A stretch of 63,710 bases of DNA, the filler included, from Chrysochromulina tobinii (lineage: Eukaryota): assembly GCA_001275005.1 (NCBI GenBank). It is 4 parts of 4 records of this genome, joined end to end, with 100 filler letters (N's around TTAATTAATTAA, not from the genome) between each part and the next. Parts side by side here need not be neighbours in the genome. Positions count along the whole stretch, not along the records: positions 22,267 to 43,273 come from JWZX01001077.1; positions 43,374 to 47,070 come from JWZX01001078.1; 2 more parts are not named here. One strand, given 5' to 3'. The notes under the pieces are model-generated. The model searched no databases. It worked only from the letters and a program-made list of their open reading frames with translations, and was not told the DNA's origin. Numbering within the stretch: the stretch's first letter is position 1; each line of letters opens with the position of its first letter. Positions 33,645 through 47,170 of this stretch are shown piece after piece. Made by a program: the position numbers and the translations under genes.

Positions 33645-36600
33645 ATGGATGGTGGTGGTTCGGTCCCGCTCTCCGCCGTGCCCATCTTGCTGCAGATCTT
33701 GAGCACGCCCAACCACTACGCCCGCGACGAGGTGCTCACGCTGCTCTGTGACCTCGTCGGCTCGGCCTACGGTGCGGAGGGTGCCGCACTCGGTGCGACA
33801 ATCCGCGAGTCGGGCGGGCTGCTCACGCTCTCGTGGCTGCTCGTCGAGTCCGATCCCTCCGTTCAGAAGCAGGCGCTCTACATCATCGCCAACCTCGCCT
33901 CGGATGCGGTTGATCCACTCTCGCATCTGACCAAGTCGATGCTGCTGCAGTGTGAAGCCGAGTACCGGCTGCTGCCGTGCCTGGATTCGGATGACGACGA
34001 GGTGCTCTCGTACGCGTGCGCGGCGGTCCAGAACCTCTGCCACGACGCCATTTGGTCGCGCGTGCTCCTCGATCAGGATGTTGTGGGTTTGCTCGAGGAG
34101 CTGCTTGACAACAAGAACGAGCAGGTACAGCACTATGCGGCGGGCGCAATCAAGAACGTGGTCGCGGCGGCGGCGACGATCAAGGCCCAGGGAGGCGGTG
34201 CGCCAGGAAGGGAGGTTCCTATTTCGCTGGTGAGTGAGGCAGCCCTCCTGAAGGTAGAGGAGCGCGCGCGCAACGCGTCGCTCAAGACCATCCAGGAGCG
34301 CATCGCGTCGCGAAAGATCCAGCGGCAGGTGCGTGCCAGGGCCAAGGCGAAGGCAGAAGCCAAGGCGAGGGCGGAGGCCCAGGCCAAGGCGGAGGCCGAG
34401 GCGAAGGCGGCGGCCGAGGCGAAGGCGGCGGCCGCCGAGGAGCACCGGAAGGCAGCCGAAGAAGCCAAGGCAGCCAAGGAGGCTGCGGCGGCCGCGGCGG
34501 CCGAGGCGAAGGCGGCCGAGGCCGAGGCACAGAAGTTGCGCGCGGCGGAGAAGGCGGCGGCGGCCGAGAAGGCCGCGGCGGAGGCGGCGGAGGCCAAGGC
34601 CGCCGCGGCGGAAGCAGCTGCAAAGAAGGATGTGGAGGCGGCGGCCGCCGCCGCGGCGGCAGCAGAGGCGCAAGCCGAGGCGGAGGCGGAGGCGAAGCTG
34701 CAGGCGATCGAGGAGGAATTGAAGACCAAGCTGCAGGCGCTCGTTGCGGATTCGAAGATGGATCAGGCGAGCAAGGATGCGGCCAAGGCGGAGGCGGAGC
34801 GGGCTCACGAGGCAGCCAAGGTGGAGGCGGCCGCCGCGGCCGAGGCTGCTAAGGAGCAAGCCGCGCGGGGCCTCGCCCAGGCCCAGGAGACTGCCCGCGA
34901 GGCGGCTGAGGCACGCGCGACGGCAGCGGCCACAGTGGACCAGAAGCGCGCGGCCGAGACGCAGGCGACGCAGCGCGCCCAGTCGGCAAACGCGGCGGCC
35001 AGGGCCACAGCGGCCAAGGAGGCTGAGGAAAAGGAGCGTTTGGCTAAGGCCTACGAGGCGAACAAGGAGGCGGCGGCCGAGGCGGCAAAGGCGGCGGCGG
35101 CCGAGCGAGCAGCGGCGGAGGCGGCCTTGGCCGCAGCAGACGCGGAAACGGCGGCGCAGGCCAAGGCGGCCACTACGCTCCAGGCGGCAAAGCGAGGAAA
35201 GGAGGCCCGCGCCAGGGCGTCTCAGCTCAAGAAGGAGAGGCAGGAGGTGGTGGATGGGCAGGCGAAGGCGGCCACTACGCTGCAGGCGGCAAAGCGAGGA
35301 AAGGCAGATCGCTCCAAGGTGGCGCAGCTGAAGCAAGAGAGGAAGGAGGCGGCGCTCGCCAACCTCGAGAATGCCCTCAAGAACCTGGGCAACGAGGACG
35401 ACTGGCAAGGGAGTTGCGACGCATGTCGAAAGGCGATCGAGGAGGCGAAGAGGCTCAAGGAGCAAGGCATTGCGATCGACACGACGGAGGCGGAGAGGCG
35501 GCTCGAGGAGGAGGAGGCGGACGACGGGCTCTCCGAGACTTGGAATTTAGACGGCAAGGCGGCGGCCAAGATGTTCGGCATGTCGGGCGTCAACAAAATG
35601 ATTAAGCGCCAGACCGCGAAGCTCGCTACCAAGGCGAAGGAGCAGATCGAGCGCACACGGATTGCAGAGGAGGCGGCGCGGCTCGAGATGGAGGCCGAGG
35701 CGGAGTACCTTCGCTATCTCGCCGAGGCGGAGGCCGCAGCGGCCGAGGCCGAGGAGGCGGAAGCGCTCGAGGCGGCGATGGCAGCGGAAGCGGCCGAGGC
35801 GGCGGAAAGGGCCCTGGAAGCGGCCAAGGAGGCCCGAGCCGCCATTGCGCGTGCTCAGGCGATGTTCGAGACGGCGCAGTCACCTGAGGAAAAGGAAAAG
35901 GCGGAGCGCACTATGGCCGAGGCGGAGGCGAATGTGAAAGCCGCGGAGAAGGCTGCCGTAGCGGCTAGGATGAAAAAGATGACAGCAGCAGCCAAAGCAA
36001 CGGCCGCCGGTGTCAAGATGCGTCGGCGAGCTACGGAAGCTTCGGCGAAAGCGGCGGCACTCCAGAAGGCGTCGGCCTATGCGGCGGAGGCGGAGGCCAG
36101 TCTGTTAGCACTTGAGGCGAAGGGAATGGCTGCAGCCACCCCGTCGCCAGCCGCCGCGTCGCCAGCCGCCGCGCCGCCAGCCGCCGCGCCACCAGCCGCC
36201 GCGCCGCCAGCTGTTGCAGTCTCGTCATCGGCGGCAGCACCAGCTGAGATCCTGTCATCGGCGGTGGCGCCAGCTGCGGCCGATGTCGACCTCTCGACGA
36301 TCCCGCAGCACGCCAAGGCGCCCGAGACGATCGCGCGGCTGGAGAAGTACCTCGAAGCTTCCTTCCTCTTCCGCTCACTCGACGACGGCATTCGCCGCGC
36401 TCTCGTGCTTTCTATGGTCTCCAGCGTCATCCAGCCTGGCGAGCGCGTCATCGTGCAGGGCAGTCCGGGCGACTTCTTCTACATAGTGGACGAGGGTGCG
36501 CTCGAGTGCTTCGTGGCGGCCGAGGGCGCGCCGGCGCCGGGCGCCAAGGTGACCGAGTACGGGCCGGGATCCACCTTCGGCGAACTCGCCCTCATGTATG

Positions 36601-39600
36601 ACTGCCCGTGCAAGGCGTCCGTCGTCGCATGCACCAAGTGCGTGCTCTACGCGATCGAGCGTGAGGTATTCACAAAGCTCGTGCTCCAAAAGTACAGGCA
36701 GCAGCGCATGCGCTTCGAGCAGCTCACGGCAGGCATCGCGCTCTTCGGCACGATGAACGAATTCGAGCGCGCCGCCCTCGCCGATGGCTTCGACGAGGTT
36801 GTCTTCACCGCCGGCGCCGCCATCATCAACGCGGGAGATCACGGGCAGACCTTTTACGTCGTCCTCGAGGGCTCCGCCGTGGCGGTCCAGGTGGACGCGA
36901 CAGGCGTTGAGGTGGTGCTCGAGCGCTACGGCGCGGGCGGCCACTTTGGCGAGCTCGCCCTACTCCACAACGAGAAGCGCGCAGCGAGTGTGGTCGCGGA
37001 GACTGAATGCAGGTGTATTGTGCTCCACAAGAGAGCCTTTGCGGCGGCGGCGGCTGTCTCGTCTGAGGCGGCGAAGAAGGCGGTGGCGGAGGAGGCGGCG
37101 AAGGCGGCGGAGGCGGCGGAGGCCGCAAAAGCAGCGGAGGACTCGGCCGCGGCGGAGGCCTTGGATCTGGCCAACAAGCTGAAAGCTGCCAAGGTCGACC
37201 TGGGCCTAGCCGACAATGTGGAAGAGCGACGAGGGCTGAAACGCAAGGTGGCGGAGCTAGAAGAGGCGCTGACGACAGCAGTGGCGGTCCAGAAGGTGGC
37301 GGCTAAGCTTAAGGGCAAGGCCGAGCGGGCGGCCGTGGCGGCGAGGGAGGCGGCCGAGAAGGCCGCGAGGGAGGCGACCCTGAAGGCGGCGAAGGAGGAG
37401 GAGAAGGCGGTATCTGAACGGGCTGAGAAGGAGGCGAGGGAGGCGGCCGAGAAGGTGGCGTCGGCCGCCGCCGCCGCAAAAGGAGGAGCGGCGCGAGCAC
37501 GTTGGGAACGCGCCCGGGGGCGATCGCAGGCGGTCTCGGCCTTGGTTTCGGCGGGTGGTGACGCGAAGGCTGTGGCCGAAGCGGCGGCGGCGGCTGAGAG
37601 GGCGGCCGCGGCGGCGATTGCAAAAGCGGCGGCCGAGAAAGCGGCGAGGGACGCTTCCGATCTGGCGAGGTTGCAGGCGGCCTCTGCGCTCGCAGAGGAG
37701 CAAGCGGCAGCCGAGGAGGCGGCGGCGGCCAGGGCCGTGATCGAAGCCGAGGCGGCTGAGGCGGCCGCGGAGGCTGAGCGCGCCGCGGCGGAGCGGGCGG
37801 CGGACGCGGCGGCGGTGGACCCAGCCGCGCTTCGGGAGCGAAAAGAGCGTGAGGCCGCTGCCAACGCGGACAAGGAGAGGCGCCTGAAGTTCGAAGCCAT
37901 GCAACGGGCGGAGGAAGCCGAGGAGGAGAGTGACGACGATCTTGGACTGTCCGACCTGTGGGATGTGGACGGTGACAATGCGCAGAAGATGGCAAAGAGT
38001 GCGGGAGTCTTCGGCCTGGTGAGCAAAGCGAAGAGAGGGTTCAAAGCGAAGGCCAAGGGTGCAGCCAAGGACAAGGACAAGGCTGCGCCACCTGCTGCCG
38101 CGCCGGCGGCCGCCAGGGCTGCCCCAGCCACCGCCCCGTTCGCGGCCCCGACCGCAGCACTAGCGACAAGCGCGGCGCCAGCGCTGAGCGCGGAGGCGCA
38201 GGCAGCGGCGGCGCTGAGTCTCTTGCCCTCGCCAAAGGCCGCTCTGCTGCCTGCGCTGCTCGCAGTGCTTCGCGAGAGCAGCAGCAGCGAGGAGGCTCAG
38301 AGCGACGCGCTGTACCAGCTTGCCGAACTCACCAACGATGCCTACGACGAGGAGGCGATCGCGCTGTGCGAGTACATGCGCGCCACGGGCGCCGTGCAGC
38401 TCATTGCCAGCCGTCTCAGTAGCCCTGTGGTCTCGATCCATCAATACGCGCTCATGCTCGTGGGCAATCTCGCATCTGTTGCTGTCGACCCTGATGCTGA
38501 GAAGACAAAGGTATTGCTCAAGACGGTGGGCGCCTTCGGTCTGCTGCTGCCACACATCTTTTCCGAGGATTATATGACGCTCTTGTACGCACTGGGCTCT
38601 GTACAAAATCTGTGCACCGAGATCGCGTACGTTGAGCAGCTGCAGCAGGCGGGTGGGCTCGAGCGACTGCAGGCGATCCTCCAGCTGAACGATCCGCAGC
38701 TCGAGCCGTTTGCACGCGGCTGCCTGACCAACGTGACGCAGACCAAAGTGGTGACCACCCTCCAGCGGCGTGTCGAGAAGCGTAGCGGCAACGCCGCCAG
38801 CACTATCCAAGCGGCCGCGCGGCGCTGGTTGGTTGGCTTCCGCGAGAGGCGACGTCTCGCAGCGTTCGAGGCGGCGACACCGGCGCAGGTATCTCAACCA
38901 GCATTGCAAGCTCCCGAAAGGCCCCAAACCCCTGCCGAGGTCGTCGTGCAGGCGGTGATCGCTCAGAGTGTCGAAGCCGTCTCAAGACCATCCACCGCCG
39001 AGTTCATGGCAAGGGAGGAGGCAGCGCTGATGGTTGAGCTTGCAAACGCTCAGAAGGTTCTCGCCGAGGCCGAAGCCGCCGAGAAGGCACTGGTCGAGGC
39101 TTCGGCGGCGGAGGAACTCAATCATTTCGAGGCACAATTGGAGGTCGAGGAGGCGACAGTCACAGTACCTTCTGCCACCACAGAAGTAGAGGTCCTGGCA
39201 GGGGCGACGGCGGCAGCGCCTACTGAGGTAGTGGCGGCGATTGTCGCAGCGCCTGCTGCCACCGCTGAGGGGGCGGCAACCGAAAAGGTGGCCGCGGCCG
39301 AGAAGGTCGCAGCAGCCGAGGAAAACGCGACGGCCGAGAAAAAAGCGCTGGCCGAGAAGGCGACGGAGATAGAAAAGGCGGCGGCCGAGGCGAAGGCGGC
39401 CGCTGAGACAGAGAAGGTGGCTGTGGCCGAGAAGGCGGCAGCTCAAAAGGCGGCGGCCGAGAGAGCGGCGGCCGAGAGGGCGGCGGCGGCCGAGAAGGCG
39501 GCAGCCGAAAGGGCGGTGGTGGCCGAGAAGGCCGCGGCCGAAAAGGCGGTGGCCGACAAGGTAGCGGCCGAGAAGGCAGCAGCCGAGAGGGCAGCAGCCG

Positions 39601-41234
39601 AGAGGGCGGCGGCCGAGAGGGCTGCGGCCGAGAAGGCAGCGGCCGAAAAGGCGACGGCCGAGAAGGCGGCGGCCGAGAAGGCGGCGGCCGAGACAGCGGC
39701 GGCGGCGGCACGTGAGGTGCTGGTGGAGGCGACGGTGCAGTGGGTGATGGCAGAGGCGCTGCAGTTGGAGGCACGGAGGCAGATGGAAGAGAGGCAACGA
39801 AGGGCTGCGGCGGCAGCGGCGGGCCGTCGAAAAGTGCACAAGGCGGCACATGCCATCCGTGCGACGATTCGAATGCATGCCCTAGCAGAGGAGACGAGGG
39901 CCATTTCGAGGGCCGAAAAGGCTGTGCTCATTCGCAAGCTCGCGCTCGAAGAGTCTGCCTACGCTCTCGCCGTCGTCTGGGACCTCGCAATGAAGGAGTG
40001 TGATCTGTTGGCCGCCGAGAGGGTGGCAGCCGAGGCCGCAGCGGCTGAGGCAGCGATGGAGTCCGATCCCAAGATGAGGGCGCTCTTCGACAAGATTCTG
40101 ACGGAGCCGAGTCTCGAGGGCACAACGCTCGTCGACATGATGCGGGCGCTCACGAAGGCTCGTGGGCACGTGGGCCTCGCGTTCCTTCACCTGCAAAGGG
40201 CTCATTCCGAGCCTCGACCAGCATTCATCTCAACAGTAGCACTTCCCTCGGCTCGCACTGAGGCCGAGACTACGGCAGCTAAGGAAGCGGCAGCAAAGAA
40301 GGCGGCGGCTCAGGCAGCTGCGGCCGGCGCGACGGGCGCCGAGGCGCCGCTGCCTGAGGGGTGGATGCAGGTCAAGGCACCCGACGGGCGGACTTACTAC
40401 TTGATTCAGGGAGGCGGCAAGCCGCAGTTCGAGCGTCCGACGGAGCCCGCATCCGCATCGTTCGGCCTATCGGAAGGGCGGATTCCGTTCGGATCGTGGC
40501 CTGCTCGCGGCATGACGCCTTTGGCCTCTCTGCCGCCGCTACCTTCCACTCGACGTACCCAGGCGTGGTACGACCGGCAAGAACAGCTCCAAGAAAGGTT
40601 GAATGCGGGGCGGCTGTTACAGGAGGCTGCTGAGCAGCCTTTGCCGCTTCCAGCCATTGCTGACATCCAGCCTCAGCTGTGGCCCTCGACCACTTGGGCG
40701 GGATACGACTCGGCGAAGCGGATGAGAGGCCGCCACGACGGCAGTAACAGTGCGCACGGAGGCCTGCTTGGGGGGTCAAATGCTGCCGGTGGAGCAACAA
40801 AGCTTATAGACCCGACCTCATTTGAAACGCCCACCGCGCCAAAGGTAGCAGCTACCTCCAAGGCGAGCCCGCGCGTGCGGATAGCGCGCCAACAGGCAGA
40901 GTACAAGGGCGACACTCATCAACCGAAGGAGGCGACAAGCTTGAGCCCCCAGCTGATCTTGCCCAACCTAACACCTCGCTCGGGGATGGGAGCTGCGCGA
41001 ACGGCAATGGAGCGCCAGTTGGCAGCGTACCATGAGATCTACGGACAAGACCAACGTGTTGTCCATCATCACCAGCGGCTCAAGCCAAACTTAGTCAGGC
41101 CTGCACTGTCAGCAGAGACGCGTCCAGAAGCCACACTTCTACCACACGTCAATGTGCTGGGAAGCGGGGCCGGGGGTAAAGGTAAGGGTACAAGTACGAA
41201 AAAGGCGCATGCGTACTTTGAAGCGTATGTATGA
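33645..41234 (+). CDS. 2529-aa multidomain protein: two ARM modules, IQ motifs, tandem cNMP-binding domains, WW domain, Ala/Glu/Lys coiled coils
   Basis: Uninterrupted ORF; IQ-like [11 protein letters not shown] and [12 protein letters not shown]; c[11 protein letters not shown] and [40 protein letters not shown]; (AEKAA)n. Confidence 0.85.
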   Translation: MDGGGSVPLSAVPILLQILSTPNHYARDEVLTLLCDLVGSAYGAEGAALGATIRESGGLLTLSWLLVESDPSVQKQALYIIANLASDAVDPLSHLTKSMLLQCEAEYRLLPCLDSDDDEVLSYACAAVQNLCHDAIWSRVLLDQDVVGLLEELLDNKNEQVQHYAAGAIKNVVAAAATIKAQGGGAPGREVPISLVSEAALLKVEERARNASLKTIQERIASRKIQRQVRARAKAKAEAKARAEAQAKAEAEAKAAAEAKAAAAEEHRKAAEEAKAAKEAAAAAAAEAKAAEAEAQKLRAAEKAAAAEKAAAEAAEAKAAAAEAAAKKDVEAAAAAAAAAEAQAEAEAEAKLQAIEEELKTKLQALVADSKMDQASKDAAKAEAERAHEAAKVEAAAAAEAAKEQAARGLAQAQETAREAAEARATAAATVDQKRAAETQATQRAQSANAAARATAAKEAEEKERLAKAYEANKEAAAEAAKAAAAERAAAEAALAAADAETAAQAKAATTLQAAKRGKEARARASQLKKERQEVVDGQAKAATTLQAAKRGKADRSKVAQLKQERKEAALANLENALKNLGNEDDWQGSCDACRKAIEEAKRLKEQGIAIDTTEAERRLEEEEADDGLSETWNLDGKAAAKMFGMSGVNKMIKRQTAKLATKAKEQIERTRIAEEAARLEMEAEAEYLRYLAEAEAAAAEAEEAEALEAAMAAEAAEAAERALEAAKEARAAIARAQAMFETAQSPEEKEKAERTMAEAEANVKAAEKAAVAARMKKMTAAAKATAAGVKMRRRATEASAKAAALQKASAYAAEAEASLLALEAKGMAAATPSPAAASPAAAPPAAAPPAAAPPAVAVSSSAAAPAEILSSAVAPAAADVDLSTIPQHAKAPETIARLEKYLEASFLFRSLDDGIRRALVLSMVSSVIQPGERVIVQGSPGDFFYIVDEGALECFVAAEGAPAPGAKVTEYGPGSTFGELALMYDCPCKASVVACTKCVLYAIEREVFTKLVLQKYRQQRMRFEQLTAGIALFGTMNEFERAALADGFDEVVFTAGAAIINAGDHGQTFYVVLEGSAVAVQVDATGVEVVLERYGAGGHFGELALLHNEKRAASVVAETECRCIVLHKRAFAAAAAVSSEAAKKAVAEEAAKAAEAAEAAKAAEDSAAAEALDLANKLKAAKVDLGLADNVEERRGLKRKVAELEEALTTAVAVQKVAAKLKGKAERAAVAAREAAEKAAREATLKAAKEEEKAVSERAEKEAREAAEKVASAAAAAKGGAARARWERARGRSQAVSALVSAGGDAKAVAEAAAAAERAAAAAIAKAAAEKAARDASDLARLQAASALAEEQAAAEEAAAARAVIEAEAAEAAAEAERAAAERAADAAAVDPAALRERKEREAAANADKERRLKFEAMQRAEEAEEESDDDLGLSDLWDVDGDNAQKMAKSAGVFGLVSKAKRGFKAKAKGAAKDKDKAAPPAAAPAAARAAPATAPFAAPTAALATSAAPALSAEAQAAAALSLLPSPKAALLPALLAVLRESSSSEEAQSDALYQLAELTNDAYDEEAIALCEYMRATGAVQLIASRLSSPVVSIHQYALMLVGNLASVAVDPDAEKTKVLLKTVGAFGLLLPHIFSEDYMTLLYALGSVQNLCTEIAYVEQLQQAGGLERLQAILQLNDPQLEPFARGCLTNVTQTKVVTTLQRRVEKRSGNAASTIQAAARRWLVGFRERRRLAAFEAATPAQVSQPALQAPERPQTPAEVVVQAVIAQSVEAVSRPSTAEFMAREEAALMVELANAQKVLAEAEAAEKALVEASAAEELNHFEAQLEVEEATVTVPSATTEVEVLAGATAAAPTEVVAAIVAAPAATAEGAATEKVAAAEKVAAAEENATAEKKALAEKATEIEKAAAEAKAAAETEKVAVAEKAAAQKAAAERAAAERAAAAEKAAAERAVVAEKAAAEKAVADKVAAEKAAAERAAAERAAAERAAAEKAAAEKATAEKAAAEKAAAETAAAAAREVLVEATVQWVMAEALQLEARRQMEERQRRAAAAAAGRRKVHKAAHAIRATIRMHALAEETRAISRAEKAVLIRKLALEESAYALAVVWDLAMKECDLLAAERVAAEAAAAEAAMESDPKMRALFDKILTEPSLEGTTLVDMMRALTKARGHVGLAFLHLQRAHSEPRPAFISTVALPSARTEAETTAAKEAAAKKAAAQAAAAGATGAEAPLPEGWMQVKAPDGRTYYLIQGGGKPQFERPTEPASASFGLSEGRIPFGSWPARGMTPLASLPPLPSTRRTQAWYDRQEQLQERLNAGRLLQEAAEQPLPLPAIADIQPQLWPSTTWAGYDSAKRMRGRHDGSNSAHGGLLGGSNAAGGATKLIDPTSFETPTAPKVAATSKASPRVRIARQQAEYKGDTHQPKEATSLSPQLILPNLTPRSGMGAARTAMERQLAAYHEIYGQDQRVVHHHQRLKPNLVRPALSAETRPEATLLPHVNVLGSGAGGKGKGTSTKKAHAYFEAYV

Positions 41235-41331
41235 TTTCGGTATGACGGTACTTAGTTCACCGAAGCCCCGCGCCTCCTATCTCACCATCTCGCCTCTCTT
41301 TCGGTGAACGGCTTGTCGGACCGCATGCACC

Positions 41332-43273
41332 TCAAACGTCTTCGAGCCTGAGGCGAGCGACAATGTTCATAGATTGCAGCTCCTGAAACAACAATTTGCA
41401 AGCATATGGGATCTCAATCTGGCGCAGCTTCTCGCCATTATGACAGTTTCGGCACCATGCCGGGCGACCCAATAGGCCGCACGTCTCGCACACGTGCACC
41501 TGGAAACAGTCGGACGAGGTCATCAGCCGCTCGTTGAGCAGCATAGATGCGCCGTAGCCAATCAGACAGTCGCGCTCCATCTCGCCGAGACGCAGCCCAC
41601 CCTCACGCGAACGCCCTTCAGTCGGCTGACGCGTAAGCACCTGCCGCGGCCCACGCGCGCGCGCATGCATCTTGTCAATGACCATGTGCTTGAGCTTTTG
41701 ATAGTAAATGGGCCCAACGAAGACGTAGCTCTTGAGCGGCTCGCCGGTCAAGCCACTGAACATGATGTCCTTGCCAAGGTAGTTGAAGCCATGCTTCACG
41801 AGCGCCACGGAGCACTCGGCGACTGAGTCGCCCTTGAAAGCAGTGCCATCCCCCATGCGACCCTCGAGCACGCCCGCCTTGCCCGCCATGAGCTCAATCA
41901 TCTTTCCAACGGTCATGCGCGAGGGGAAGCCGTGCGGGTTCATGATGATGTCCGGGCACACGCCCATGTCAGTGAAGGGCAGGTCCTCCTGCGGCACGAT
42001 TCGACCGATGACGCCCTTTTGGCCGTGGCGCGACGAGAACTTGTCGCCTAGCTCTGGCCGTCTCGTTGAGCGCACGCGGATCTTGACGAGTTGCCGATCG
42101 TTCTTATTCCCCGAGAGCATCACGCGGTCCACGTACGTATCCATATGCCCGGCGGGGCCTTTGTACGTCAACGGCGACGGACGCAGCGCCGAGTCGGGCA
42201 GCCGCTCGTGCTCCGAGTAGGGCACGTCGTCCCGCGTGTTGACTGGCGTGTGCTTATTGACGAGGAGGTCGAGTTGGTGGATCCGCTCGCCGACCATGCA
42301 CAGGCCATCGTCGTCGATCAGCCGAAACCTGTTCGGCTGCGAGGAGCGCTCTCTCAGCCCCTCGCGGGCTGCAGCCGGTGATGGTTTAGGCGGTGGCCTC
42401 GCGACCTCGCAAGAGCCATTGGGGAACTTTTTGAAGGTCTGGGTGAACTTTTTGAGCACCATGCATCGGCCGAAGCCGCGGTCGAGGGCCGCCTTGTTGA
42501 TGATGAGCGCGTCCTCAATGTCGTATCCCGAGTAACTCATGACTGCGACGGTCGCATTGTGCCCAGCGGGCAGATTCGCGAACTTGATCAGGTCGAGCGT
42601 ACGTGTCTTGACGAGCGGCTTATGCGGGTAGATGAGCAGGTACAGGATGGTGTCGATACGATCAGCCTGGTTGTGCGCAATGGTGCCCATCGCTTGCTTG
42701 CCCATGGCGCACTGATACGTGTTGCGAGGCGACTGGTTGTGATGGGGATATGGGATGAGGCCCGCGCACACGCCCAGGATCGTGAGGGGGTCGATCTCCA
42801 TGTGTGTGTACTGCGTCCGCCGCTCGCCGCGCAGGTCTGCTTCCGAGACCGCGATCTCGGCCGAATTCTCCTCGTTGACATCGAGGTACTCAATGATGCC
42901 CTCCTTGATGAAGGCCGACCACTCGCGCTTGCCTGCAGCGAGCTCGTCGAGGTGGCACTGCTTGAGCAGCAGCGTGCCGTTGTCGACGATGAGCAGCGGG
43001 CGGCACACCCGTCCTGAGTCGGAAGCGATATTGACGCTCCGGTGCGTCGGATGCAATTGCACAGAGACGAACTCGCCCACGTGGCCCGTGCGGCGCAGCT
43101 GACGGATGGTGGCCAGGAGCTTGTGCGGCTGTCGGTGCACCCCAAGGATGAGGCCGTTGAGTAAAACGAGGTGTGCGCCGTTCCTCGCCTCGTACAGGTC
43201 GTCCGGGCAGAGCAGGTGCACATCTTCGACGCCGAGGGAGAAGCACAGCCGCCGAATCGGCTCCTCGTCGTCG
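41332..43273 (-). CDS. POLR3B: RNA polymerase III second-largest subunit (5' truncated by the spacer)
   Basis: [97 protein letters not shown]. Confidence 0.95.
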
Positions 43274-43373
43274 NNNNNNNNNNNNNNNNNNNNNNNNNNN
43301 NNNNNNNNNNNNNNNNNTTAATTAATTAANNNNNNNNNNNNNNNNNNNNNNNNNNNNNNNNNNNNNNNNNNNN
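43274..43373. other. Assembly spacer
   Basis: 100-nt N/TTAATTAATTAA/N block. Confidence 0.98.
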
Positions 43374-46300
43374 GTACTGCAGGGTGCCCGACGAGTCGGT
43401 CGCCACGGTGCCGCCGTACGAGTAGCCGGTGATGCCCTCGATCGTCGTGGTGGTCGCCACGTTGGTCGGCGCGTTGCCGAGCAGGATGAGCCCGCCCCAC
43501 TTGCCGCGCTCGCCGAGCGTGATGGCGTTCTCATTCGAGTCCGTGAAAACGGTGACCGAGCTCGATAGCGCCGACTCGGCAAGCACGGACGTGAACGTGA
43601 TCGGCAGCGAGAACGTGCCCGACGCGCTGATCGAGCCACCCTTCAAGACCACGAGCGCCGGAGCGGGATCCGTGTCCATGACGGGCAGCCCATACACGGA
43701 GGTGCCGGCGGCGATGGTGAGCGTGACGCCCGATTGCACGAAGAGCTGCGAGGCGAGCAGATAAGACGTTGTGTTCGTCCAGGATGCGCTTGCGCTGAGG
43801 GCGCCGCCCACCGCGGCCGCCGTGTCGAGGAGGGTAGCAAAGGGAGCGGCTGGGATGCCAGTGCACGTGGATCCAACCATCTTGCCACTGCACGCCAGCC
43901 ACGAGTAGCCGGCGAGCCAGTTGTCCGTCGAGCTGCCGAACGCGCCCTTGCAGGACACCGACGAGAAGAAGGTGTCGCCGTTGGGGGGTGCGTCCTTGCC
44001 GCTCTGGCAGGCCGCACCAGTCTCCATCGGGAGCGGATTGAATGTGCTGCTCAGCCCCGTGTAATCCAGCATGGACGCTGGCACGTTCGTTAGGCCAGGG
44101 TCAATATTGAGTGCCGAGAAGACCCCAGCGGCGCAATTGGTGCCGAGCGAAATGGGGGTCGCGGCGCCATTGATGATGTTGTTCGGCGAGAAGTACAGGT
44201 ACGTGTTGATCGAAACCGACGCGGCGGGCAGCGAAGACGTGCGCGTCTCGGTGCCGCAGTCATTGTTAAGCAAGCCGACGTCCCGGGCGTTCGTGAGCAC
44301 GATGTTGCCAAACTTGCCGCCCGTGCCCTCGCGCAGGCGCATCAGGCCGCCGGTGCGGCCCGAGGCGCCGCCACCGATGATGGTCATCGAGTAGAAGGCC
44401 GGGTGCGAGCGCGGCAGCGAGTTCAGGTTGCTGTTGGTCATCGAGTCCATCTCTGTGCCGTGGTTGCCACCGAAGCCAGTCATCGCAAAGAGGTACTGGC
44501 CGCGGCCCTGGTACCCCTCATCCGTGTCGAAGGCGTCGTCGATCACGAAGAGCGCCGACAGGTACTTGACGTCGACTGTGCCGCCGAAGAACTCGAAGCC
44601 GTCGTCCGCGTTGAACGCCACCTCGCAGTGGTCGACGACGGTGCCGGAGCCGACGCCGCCGAAGGTGATGCCGTTGATCTCGTTGTTCGCGCCCACGATC
44701 GCGCCGCCGTGCCACACGCGCACGTACTGCATGACGCCCGAGCCGTCGGTCGGCACGGAGCCGCCGTACGTGTAGCCGGTGATGCCCTCGATCTGCGTGG
44801 TGGTCGGCATGTTGGTCGGCGCGTTGCCGAGCAGGATGAGGCCGCCCCACTTGCCGCGCTCGCCGAGCGTGATGGCGTTCTCATTCGAGTCCGTGGAGGC
44901 GGTGGCCGAGCTCACGAGCGCCGACTCTGCAAGCACGGACGTGAACGTGATCGGCATCGTCGCGCTGCCCGTCGCCACGAGCGAGCCGCCCTTCACGACC
45001 ACGATCGCCGGAGCGGGGTCCGTGTCCATGACGGGCAGCCCATACACGGAGGTGCCGGCGGCGATGGTGAGCGTGACGCCCGATTGCACGAAGAGCTGTG
45101 AGGCGAGTAGATAAGACGTTGTGTTCGTCCAGGATGCGCTTGCGCTCAGGGCGCCGCCCACCGCGACCGCCGTGTCGAGGAGGGTAGCAAAGGGAGTGGT
45201 TGGGATGCCAGTGCACGTGGATCCAACCATCTTGCCGCTGCACGCGAGCCACGAGTAGCCGGCGAGCCAGTTGTCCGTCGAGGTGCCGAACGCGCCCTTG
45301 CAGCTCACCGTTGAGAAGAAGGGGTCGCCGTTGGGGGGTGCGTCCTTGCCGCTCTGGCAGGCCGCACCAGTCGCCGTCGGGAGCGGATTGAACGTGCTGC
45401 TCAGCCCCGTGTAATCCAGCATGGACGCTGGCACGTTCGTTAGGCCAGGGTCCACTGTGATTGCCGAGAAGGCCCCGGCGATGCAACCGGTGCCGAACGA
45501 AATGGGGGTCGCGGCGCCATTGATGATGTTGTTCGGCGAGAAGTACAGGTACGTGTCGATCGAAACCGACGCGGCGGGCAGCACAGACGTGCGCGTCTCG
45601 GCGCCGCAGTCATTGTTAAGCAAGCCGATGTCCCGGGCGTTCGTGAGCACGATGTTGCCAAACTTGCCGCCCGTGCCCTCGCGCAGGCGCATCAGGCCGC
45701 CAGTGCGGCCCGAGGCGCCGCCACCGATGATGGTCATCGAGTAGAAGGCCGGGTGCGAGCGCGGCTGCGAGTTCAGGTTGCCGTTGGTCATCGAGTCCAT
45801 CTCTGTGCCGTGGTTGCCACCGAAGCCAGTCATCGCAAAGAGGTACTGGCCGCGGCCCCGGTACCCCTCATCCGTGTCGAAGGCGTCGTCGCCCACGAAG
45901 AGCACCGACAGGTACTTGACGTCGACTGTGCCGCCGAAGAACTCGAAGCCGTCGTCCGCGTTGAAGGCCACCTCGCAGTGGTCGACGACGGTGCCGGAGC
46001 CGACGCCGCCGAACGTGATGCCGTTGATCTCGTTGTTCGCGCTCACGCGCGCGCCGCCGTGCCACACGCGCACGTACCGCATGACGCCCGAGCCGTCGGT
46101 CGGCACGATACCGCCGTACGTGTAGCCGGTGATACCCTCGATCTCCAATGGTGACGACGCCGACGTGGGCGCAAGGCCGAGCACGATGATGCCACCCCAC
46201 TTGCCGCGATTCTCGAGAACGGTGGCGGCGAATTGCGAGTCAGACGAGACCGTTTCGCTCGACGCCCTCTCCGGGTTGAGAGCCGTGAAGGTGATGGGCG

Positions 46301-47070
46301 AAGCCGCAGTGCCATCCGCGATGACCTTGCCGCCCTTCAAGACGACGAGAGCGGGCGCAGCGCCACCGATGGCCTTGGGCGTCGAGTAGATCGTCGTACC
46401 AGCGCCGATCGCAACCGTCTTTCCGCTTGGCACAAACACCTGGCACGTCATCACGTAGATGCGGCCTGGCATCCACGTCACGTCAGTCGTGAGATTGTGG
46501 CTCGGAACACCGGCCGGGCACAGGCTCACAGGCTCCGAGGCCTCAGCAGCAGTGGGGCACGTGTACGAGCTCGACACGAAGCCGCCGTGCGTGTTCACGA
46601 ACGACCAGCCGTTGAGCCAGTTCACGCTGCCAAAGGCGCCCTTGAAGTTGACAGCATCGAAGAAAGGGTCAGCAACCGTGGATGCGGCCACGTCCTCCAC
46701 GTCTTGGAACGCCGCGCCGCCGCACACAGGGCGCGGGTCGAGCGGCAGCGTCGCGGACAGTCCACCGCTCAGTTCGAATCGGCTCCAAAGATTGTGCGCC
46801 GACATGAGCAGCGGGTCCGTCTGCACGGCGGTGAAGCTCAGCAGATCAGTCGAGCACTTGCCGCTCTCGGTGCTGAAGACCGAGCCCGTCCCCGAGGGCA
46901 CACCCGAGATGATGTTCTTGGAGCTGAAGTACAGGTAGTTGAGGACGCTGGGCGTGACGAATGACAGCTGCTGGGTGATCAGGTAGTTGCTGCTCCACGA
47001 GGTGGATGAGCACTGGAGGATCTCGACGCCGATGTTGGTCGGGTTGTCCAGGAGCACATTGATGAACTTG
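43374..47070 (-). CDS. Large extracellular-type beta-helix repeat protein with ~450-aa tandem modules; truncated at both ends
   Basis: Open across the whole contig; module GKWGGLILLGNAP..EG..YGG..DGSGVMxYVRVWHGG..NEINGITFGGVGSGT..DDGFEFFGGTV repeats with a 1350-bp period. Confidence 0.85.
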
Positions 47071-47170
47071 NNNNNNNNNNNNNNNNNNNNNNNNNNNNNN
47101 NNNNNNNNNNNNNNTTAATTAATTAANNNNNNNNNNNNNNNNNNNNNNNNNNNNNNNNNNNNNNNNNNNN
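47071..47170. other. Assembly spacer
   Basis: 100-nt N/TTAATTAATTAA/N block. Confidence 0.98.

Noticed and set aside
33507..35465. 652-aa antisense ORF and many similar Arg/Pro/Ala-rich overlapping ORFs
   Set aside because: Shadow frames of GC-rich coding sequence with no family motifs.
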